Made by a program: the position numbers and the translations under genes
In this document: positions 39,762 through 46,800 of the stretch, piece by piece
Layout: each line of letters starts with the position of its first letter
Position numbering within the stretch: the stretch's first letter is position 1
The notes under the pieces: model-generated
The model's input: the letters and a program-made list of their open reading frames with translations, nothing else
The model's database searches: none
What the model was told of the DNA's origin: nothing
Assembly: GCA_947650005.1 (NCBI GenBank)
Contig: CANSTU010000009.1
Location: forward strand, 4,743 to 68,742
Source: an uncultured Lachnospiraceae bacterium
GTDB taxonomy: Bacteria > Bacillota > Clostridia > Lachnospirales > Lachnospiraceae
DNA: 64,000 bases
Reading direction: 5' to 3'

Positions 39762-40764
39762 CGCCCAGATCTTCCCTGATCAGTTTTCCAACCGCGCCTG
39801 CCAGTTCCCCGTGGGTTAAGTTCTCCAGCTCGGCCGGCAGCGTCCGAAAAATGGGAAGCCTGCATTTTCTGGTCTTTGACAGGATCTCTTCCAGCTCCAT
39901 ACAACGCAGCAATTCTTCATAATGTTCCTGTTTTGCTTCCGCGAAACCGTCTTCCTTTACGATGGTATAGATCTGGCTGCATCTTTTTAAAAGTTCAAAC
40001 AGTCCCTGAACGCTCTCCGTAAGATCCAGAAGAATGTATTCGTACATCCCGCAGCTCTCCAGTTCGTCCAAAAGGGTAAGCCATTCCTCCTTCTCTATCT
40101 TCATTAAATCCATACAGGAGAAAACCGGTGGAACGAAATCCATTCCGCACACCTTCTGCGCCATCCCCTCCAGTCGGTAAGGAAACCGTCCGTCCTTGTT
40201 ATGTATAAAATAAATCAAATCCGATAAGTCAGCCCTAAACTCTCGCCGGAGCATCCGGCCCAATCCTGAAAAACACTCAAAATTCAGATATAATACTTTG
40301 TGATTTCGGGCAAGAAGCTGCCCTAATGTGAATGAAAATGTGGTTTGAAGACACCGTCCCACCGGTGAATAGATTCCGATCAATTTTAGGCTCCCTGCCC
40401 GCCCCGGGCCGGAGGCCGGTGGCAGAATCCCTGTCTGCACCGAAAGTTCTATGATCCTGCGTACCACAGCCTCCATGGGCTGATATTTCCCGATCCATGG
40501 TACTTCGGGCGGCCCGGCCATATCTTCCGCCAATACCAGGATATGGCTGGCTTCCCATCCATCCCTCCTTTCATACAGAGATTGGGCAATCAGAAGGAAT
40601 ACCGCCTCTTCCCCTTTGCCGATCCGTTCCAAGGACTTCCCATCCGTATAGACCCGTACCTCAAAAGGAAAATTTTCCATAACGGACGGACGATGGAGAT
40701 AGTCCATGAAATGGCTGACATACTCCCGTTCCGTGTCGCAGAGCGCCAGAATATTCTTTTTCAA
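39670..40764 (-). CDS. TadZ/CpaE-like protein: receiver-like N-domain plus ParA/MinD-like domain with a degenerate P-loop
   Basis: I prefer the TTG start at 40764 (GGGAGG 7 nt upstream, MKKNILALCDTE) over the track ATG at 40779. GIYSPVGRCLQTTFSFTLGQLLA sits where ParA/MinD has KGGxGKT. YEYILLDLTESVQG sits at the Walker B-like position. Confidence 0.5.
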   Translation of the reverse strand: MKKNILALCDTEREYVSHFMDYLHRPSVMENFPFEVRVYTDGKSLERIGKGEEAVFLLIAQSLYERRDGWEASHILVLAEDMAGPPEVPWIGKYQPMEAVVRRIIELSVQTGILPPASGPGRAGSLKLIGIYSPVGRCLQTTFSFTLGQLLARNHKVLYLNFECFSGLGRMLRREFRADLSDLIYFIHNKDGRFPYRLEGMAQKVCGMDFVPPVFSCMDLMKIEKEEWLTLLDELESCGMYEYILLDLTESVQGLFELLKRCSQIYTIVKEDGFAEAKQEHYEELLRCMELEEILSKTRKCRLPIFRTLPAELENLTHGELAGAVGKLIREDLGDGGKKRGNGRTGEGVSKDSGKCPGGITGND

Positions 40765-41040
40765 ACAAAAACCTCCCATAAAACAATAGCTTATAAAAAT
40801 CTGTTAGTAAGGCAAAATGGAATTCTTGATACACGGTCGAAAGAATTGAAAAAGACCGTGCCCGGATACTGATGATCCAATTGATGAAACTGAGTATAAA
40901 CCATCCCCTGAGATTTGTCCATAGGAGAAACGGTAAAAAAACAGTTTTGTGAAAAATAGACGAACGTCCCTTTGTAAGTACCAGTTAAAACGCCCCAGCC
41001 CCTGATAAATACAGGGTTTTTACCTGTCAAAAATATTGTC

Positions 41041-41319
41041 TCAGGTAAGAAAACGGGCGCATATTCCAATTGCATACAACAGCGCAATCCCCGGAATCCC
41101 CAGCGCACCCGATACAACTGCGCTAGCCAAACCGATTCCTACCTTCAAGGATATGCCGATAGAACCCAAAAAGGAATTGATGAAATAAATGGCGAGCAGG
41201 CCGCAGACCGCACGCAGGATGAAGTTCAGCAGCAGTTCCGTTCTGCTGCGCATCGCTGCGACCAGCATCACCAGGATGCAGGCTCCTCCTATCATGACCA
41301 TTCCGTTTCCGTAGTCCAT
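41041..41319 (-). CDS. bofA: Pro-sigma-K processing inhibitor BofA-like membrane protein
   Basis: 92 aa from ATG (complement of 41317-41319): MDYGNGMVMIGGACILVMLVAAMRSR...LNFILRAVCGLLAIYFINSFL...ALGIPGIALLYAI. It is a small two-helix protein and sits next to a yaaL-like gene, as in Bacillus. Confidence 0.7.
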   Translation of the reverse strand: MDYGNGMVMIGGACILVMLVAAMRSRTELLLNFILRAVCGLLAIYFINSFLGSIGISLKVGIGLASAVVSGALGIPGIALLYAIGICARFLT

Positions 41320-41472
41320 TCCGGCTCCCTTTCCGCATACAATGAATCTTTTCTTTGAGATGTTATACCTTATGCGCCCCAAAAAAGAAATATGACATGC
41401 ATATTTTTCCTTTTTTTGTATATACTTATCACAAAGCATCTTTTGGTAAAATCCGGAAAAGGAGGCGCATGC

Positions 41473-41724
41473 ATGAAATTCCATTTCAGCCGCGGGATCA
41501 TCCCCAAGGCGGACAAGCCCCTTACTTACCAAGAAAGTCTGATGATGGATTTACAAAGGACAAGATGCGATCTGGAAAATGCCTATGCAGGCTTCGATTA
41601 TGCCACGGATCCTGACCTGATCGATTGCTATATCTACGAACAGAATGCCGTGATGAAAAGATACAAATATCTGCTGCAAAAAGCCGCCAGCCTGACGGCT
41701 TCTGAACAGACAATGACCGGATAA
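41473..41724 (+). CDS. YaaL/DUF2508-like protein
   Basis: ATG 41473 follows AAAAGGAGG. 83 aa. DLQRTRCDLENAYAGFDYATDPDLIDCYIYEQNAVMKRYKYLLQKA fits the DUF2508 pattern. Confidence 0.7.
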   Translation: MKFHFSRGIIPKADKPLTYQESLMMDLQRTRCDLENAYAGFDYATDPDLIDCYIYEQNAVMKRYKYLLQKAASLTASEQTMTG

Positions 41725-41778
41725 ACATATAACACCCTATTCTTCGAGCCGTCCTGGCAGGGTAAAACACCATACTTT

Positions 41779-41812
41779 CAGGGGCTGCCGCATTTGGATG
41801 CGGCAGCCCCTG
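41779..41812. terminator. Bidirectional terminator hairpin between yaaL-like and glgB
   Basis: CAGGGGCTGCCGCA-tttgga-TGCGGCAGCCCCTG, a 14-bp perfect stem. Confidence 0.75.
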
Positions 41813-41844
41813 TATGAAAAGCCTCTCTCTTTTATACGATTCTC

Positions 41845-43758
41845 TCAGAACACGAAAACCGCAGCCCCCAGCGCTGGAAGATCAAAGGTAATCCTGTAAG
41901 GCCGATAATCGCTGGGCTCCGCCGTGGCCCGGATGGAAGCGGGGATCTCGGCTCCGTTTCCGCCAAACCGCTCATCATCGCTGTTAAGGATCAGATGGTA
42001 GGCCTTCTTTTTCGGAACGCCTACACAATATTCCTTTCTTTCCACAGGCGTCATATTCATGACGAAGAGCAGGTTTTCTTTCCCTTTAGAGGATTTCCGA
42101 ATAAAGCTGTAAGTACTGCGGTCCGCATCGTCCGCATTGACCCATTCAAAACCGCTCCAGTCGTTGTCTATTTCATGCATGCAGCTGTACTTATGGTAAA
42201 TCTTCAAAAGCTCCTTCACATATTCCAACATGCCTGCATTCAATTCGTTCTCCAGCATATACCAGTCAAGCTCCCTGGCCTCGCTCCACTCCCGCTCCTG
42301 GGCAAATTCCTGGCCCATGAACAGAAGCTTCTTTCCCTCATGGCCAAACATATAGGTATAACCCGTACGAAGATTGGCGTATTTGTCCACCTGGTATCCG
42401 GGCATTTTATTCACCATGGAACACTTCAGATGCACCACTTCATCATGGGACAACGGTAGAATATAATTCTCTGCATTGTTATAACTCATGGCAAATGTCA
42501 TGCCATAGTGATTATTTTTACGGAAATAGGGATCCAGTTTCATATATTCGCAGAAATCGTGCATCCATCCCATATTCCATTTATAACTGAAATGCAGCCC
42601 GCCCTTTTCAATCGGGCCTGTCACCAGGGGCCAGGCCGTGGATTCCTCCGCAATGGTCATTACGCCCGGAAAAGTCCCGCGGATCACGGAATTAAAATGT
42701 TTAAAAAATTCAATGGCCTCCAGATTTTTGTTTCCGCCGTATTTATTGGCCACCCACTCCCCGTCCTTCTTTCCATAATCCAGATAAAGCATGGAAGCCA
42801 CCGCATCCACGCGCAAACCGTCCACATGGAATTCTTTGATCCAGAAAAGGGCATTGGCAATGAGGAAATTTTTCACCTCATTCATACCATAGTTGAAAAT
42901 CTTCGTCCCCCAATCCGGATGCTCTCCCAACCTGGGATCCGGATGTTCAAAAAGCGCTTCCCCATCAAACTCCGCCAGTCCGTGGGCATCCCTGGGAAAG
43001 TGGGCCGGCACCCAATCGAGAATCACACCGATCTTGTTACGGTGAAGCGTGTTCACCAGATACGCAAAATCCTCCGGCGTACCGTAACGGGAAGTGGGTG
43101 CGTAATATCCCGTCACCTGGTATCCCCAAGAACCGTCAAAGGGATGCTCCGCAATCCCCATGAGTTCCACATGGGTGAATTTCACTTCCTTCAGGTAAGA
43201 TACCAGCCTGTCAGCAAACTCCCTGTAGTTATAGAAGCCGTCCTCCGTCCCGTCAGGATGTTTCATCCAGGATCCGATGTGGCACTCATAGATCGCTAAC
43301 GGTTCCTTGTTCATATCCTTTTCGTCCCTGGCTTCCATCCACACAGAATCGCTCCAGGAAATTCTCGACAGATCCGTTGTGATGGACGCCGTTTCTGGAC
43401 GCAGCTGTGCATAATTAGCAAAGGGATCCGCCTTATAGAGCTTACGACCGTCCGCAGTAGTGATCAGGAACTTGTACATCTCTCCGCACCCTACGCCTGG
43501 TATAAACAGCTCATAGATCCCGCCCGGCCCGATTTTTTCCATCGTATGCCGGTTCTCATCCCATTCATTGAAGCTGCCGATCACATGAACCTGGGCCGCA
43601 TGGGGCGCCCACACGCCGAAGAACATCCCCTTTTTCCCGTCCACTGTGGAGGGATGTGCCCCCAGCTTTTTGTAAATGTCATAATGCGTTCCCTGTGCGA
43701 ACAGGTATTGATCCGCTTCGGATATAAATACCTGCTCTCTGTTTTTTGCTTTTGCCAT
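41845..43758 (-). CDS. glgB: 1,4-alpha-glucan branching enzyme
   Basis: I start it at MAKAKNREQVFISEADQYLFAQGTHYDIYKKLGAH (ATG 43758). GH13 motifs DWVPAHF, GLRVDAVASM and EESTAWP are present. Confidence 0.9.
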   Translation of the reverse strand: MAKAKNREQVFISEADQYLFAQGTHYDIYKKLGAHPSTVDGKKGMFFGVWAPHAAQVHVIGSFNEWDENRHTMEKIGPGGIYELFIPGVGCGEMYKFLITTADGRKLYKADPFANYAQLRPETASITTDLSRISWSDSVWMEARDEKDMNKEPLAIYECHIGSWMKHPDGTEDGFYNYREFADRLVSYLKEVKFTHVELMGIAEHPFDGSWGYQVTGYYAPTSRYGTPEDFAYLVNTLHRNKIGVILDWVPAHFPRDAHGLAEFDGEALFEHPDPRLGEHPDWGTKIFNYGMNEVKNFLIANALFWIKEFHVDGLRVDAVASMLYLDYGKKDGEWVANKYGGNKNLEAIEFFKHFNSVIRGTFPGVMTIAEESTAWPLVTGPIEKGGLHFSYKWNMGWMHDFCEYMKLDPYFRKNNHYGMTFAMSYNNAENYILPLSHDEVVHLKCSMVNKMPGYQVDKYANLRTGYTYMFGHEGKKLLFMGQEFAQEREWSEARELDWYMLENELNAGMLEYVKELLKIYHKYSCMHEIDNDWSGFEWVNADDADRSTYSFIRKSSKGKENLLFVMNMTPVERKEYCVGVPKKKAYHLILNSDDERFGGNGAEIPASIRATAEPSDYRPYRITFDLPALGAAVFVF

Positions 43759-43817
43759 ATCAACCTTCTTTCCGCCGCCTGCGCGGCATGACCCCACAGC
43801 CCCCCACGGCCGCTAAA

Positions 43818-46800
43818 TCATTCTATCATGAAATCCCCTTCATGCAGAATAATCATGTCGTCATCATCGTACCGCTTGGCGAGGATCACGTCCATGAAAT
43901 GTTTCGGCGTCTTCTTGTTCGCATGGTCGATCGCCCTGTTCACGATCTGGCGCACATCCTTCACCGTAACTACATGATCAATGGTCTGCATGCCTTCAAT
44001 ACAGGTGTGCAGGGCAAGTCTTCCCAGCTCATCGATGGCATATTCCTGCATCTTGGCGTACTGACAGCCATAGGCTACCAGCGTACCGTTATCCAAGGCC
44101 TCGATATCAAACCTAGCATTAAAGAAGGGCTCCATTTCCGGATTTTCCGTTTCAAGTGTCCGGATATTACGTTTTGTATCGATCAGGATCACAAGGATCC
44201 CCCATCTCTCCTGATCCAGGGCAGCCAACAGCTCCTGCATGCCGTCGCGGCTGATCTCCCCGGCTCGCTCAATGATCATCGCACCGCCGGAAAGCTTCTC
44301 AATGAATTCCGAAGGATCCTTTTTACCGCTGTTTAAGGCCGGACCGGACATTTTAGCCAGTTTCCCGGAAAAATTCCGATCTTTTGCCCGCATATCCTTA
44401 ATCACATTTTTTGCCAATTCAAGAGTATCCGAACCGGGATCTCCTGTGATAATAAGATTGCCCGTATAGGCTGCAAGGCTCAGCTTATCCAGAGCTGCGG
44501 CCAACCTCTTCATGGCGCCTTTTGTGGGTACAAAGGAGGAAAACATCCGTTTTTCTTCCGAACTAAGTCCTCTGTTTTTCTCCCTGCCCTCCCCGGGCTC
44601 CATCCGCCGATATCGGCCCTCTGCTTCCTGTTTATGGCCTTCCTGCCTGTTTTGGCGGGAAGTATTTTCTTCTGGTATGCCTTCCTGCGCCTCTTCCAGT
44701 CCGCTTTCTTGGAGCATATTTCCTTCGGGAATCTCATTTTGCACATTCATGCGGGAAATACTTTCCCCGGCAATGTTCTCTTGAACGCCATCCGGCGGCA
44801 TATTTCCTCCGTATATATTCCCCTGCAAAGTTCTACTTTTGAAGGGCCGCATTTCTTCAGGCATCCTGTAATCCCGTTCTACCAGCCGCCGATCCGCTTC
44901 CTGACGATAAATCTCTTCAGGCAATCCGTTTTCTTCCCGATGGCTATCCCTCACGGGTGCTCCGTCCACATCCAGACGTCCGTCCCTTGCGGGCATTCTA
45001 TCTGTCTCCCAGCGCTCATCCCTTGCGGATGCTCCGTCCACATCCAAGCGTCCATCCCTTGCGGGCATTCTATCTGTCTCCCAGCGCTCATCCCTTGCGG
45101 ACGCTCCGTCCACATCCAAGCGCCCATCTCCTGCAGGCGCTCTTTCTGCCTCTCGGATCTCATCTCTTACAAGCGTTTTGCCCGCCTCTTGGCGTCCATT
45201 CCTCGCAGGCGTCCTATCTGCTTCTCGGATCTCATCCCTCACAGGCGTTTTGCCCACTTCTTGTCGGTCATTGGCCGCGGACGTCCCGTCTGATTCCCGA
45301 TAGCCATTCCTTACAGGCATTCCATCCGCTTCCCAGCGCTTACCCCTTCCCCGTTCTCTCTCCGCCCTTTGGAGAATCGTTTCCGGCGTATCGGCATCTC
45401 GCCCACGGCGCTCTGAACCCGGCTGTTTCTCTCCCGTTCCTCGGTAATTATCCTCTGGCATTTCTATCTCATGCTCATACCTGTTTCCTCCCCAATGTGC
45501 ATCTTCCTTTTCCCGATAGACAGATTTATCCTCATTTTGTTCCGAAACGCCACGGCTGCTTTCCGGCCGGCTCCCGTCCTGCCGCCGATCCGCTTCCAGC
45601 TGGCTTCTGTCCGCATCAGGGCTCTTTTTTTCCGTATATACCTCTTGCTCTTCCCGGCGGATCAGCTCTGACTGCCTATCAGCCGCAACCAGCCGGCTCC
45701 TTTCTGAACGATCGTTGGCTTCTTCCCGCGTATTTTCTTCCGATCTCCTATCTATGGTCTCCGCATGCCTTCCTTCCGATGAGCGGCTATTGGGGGCATG
45801 GCGTCTCTTTTCCGTCCCCCCGATACGCTCCCCTTCAAACGCTTCCGTGTCCGTCATTGTTTCCTCAGATGGGATACGCGATGAAGAATCCTCTGCTTTT
45901 GCCGCCCTTTTCAGGGCATTGTTCACCTCTTCCGCCGCCCAAATCTTGGTCTGGGCAGAAATCACATTATCGGAGACCTGTTTTCTCTTTTCTACAGGGA
46001 TCTGCTCCTCCTTCTGCAGTTTCTCGAGAATCCCCTCTCTGGAAGAGGTATCGAAATCCCGCAGCAGCGTGCCTGTCTCCTTCTGCATCCGATCATGCAG
46101 CTGTCGGCGACGCTTCTCTTCGTTCACCTGCTTCATCTTTTCCCATTCCTTCATGACATCTTCTATATTCATCTGGCCGGTGATCTGCTTCTCCACCTGC
46201 TTTTCATCAGATACTGAAGAATGCTCCTGGGACAGACTTTCCCCGACACTTCTCTTTCCCTCTTCCCCATTGACAGGCTGTTGGGAATCGCTCCTTTCTT
46301 CCGAAGTAGGCTGGGCGGGCAGACGTTCAGACTGTGGCGGTAAAACAGCGCGCATTCCTTCCTCAGGTTCCTGGCCATCAACAGTGCGCATACTTTCCAC
46401 AAACTTTATCTTTTCCCGGGCATTCGTTTGCTCAACCGGCCTTCTGTTTTCATATTCCTGTTGTTTTTCTTCATAATCAGGCCGCAGGCTTTCATATACC
46501 TGCATGCTTCCATAGGCCCTTCTCCCTCTCTCATAGGCAGCTTGGCCATTGTCCTCATAAGGAACAGCTGCCGCTGGAGATTTCCGCCTCCCATCGTCAT
46601 AATTCGGCAGTATTTCCTCAGGTGCTCTATTGTCTGTGACCTCACTCCAGCCTTTTCCGTCCCCCGCTCCCGTACCATTCGGCTGGTCGCTTCCACCGTA
46701 TCCGGCCTGCATGTCTCCATAATCGTACTGTTCTGAATCGTAACCGGGCTGCATCTGGTCATAAGTGTACTGCTCCTGACCGTTATCCGGCTGATTTTGA

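Noticed and set aside
40791-41117. A 108-aa minus-strand ORF in the gap between bofA and the Tad-like operon.
   Set aside because: It overlaps the 3' end of bofA, has no RBS and an unconvincing composition. The region more likely holds the bofA terminator and the operon promoter.
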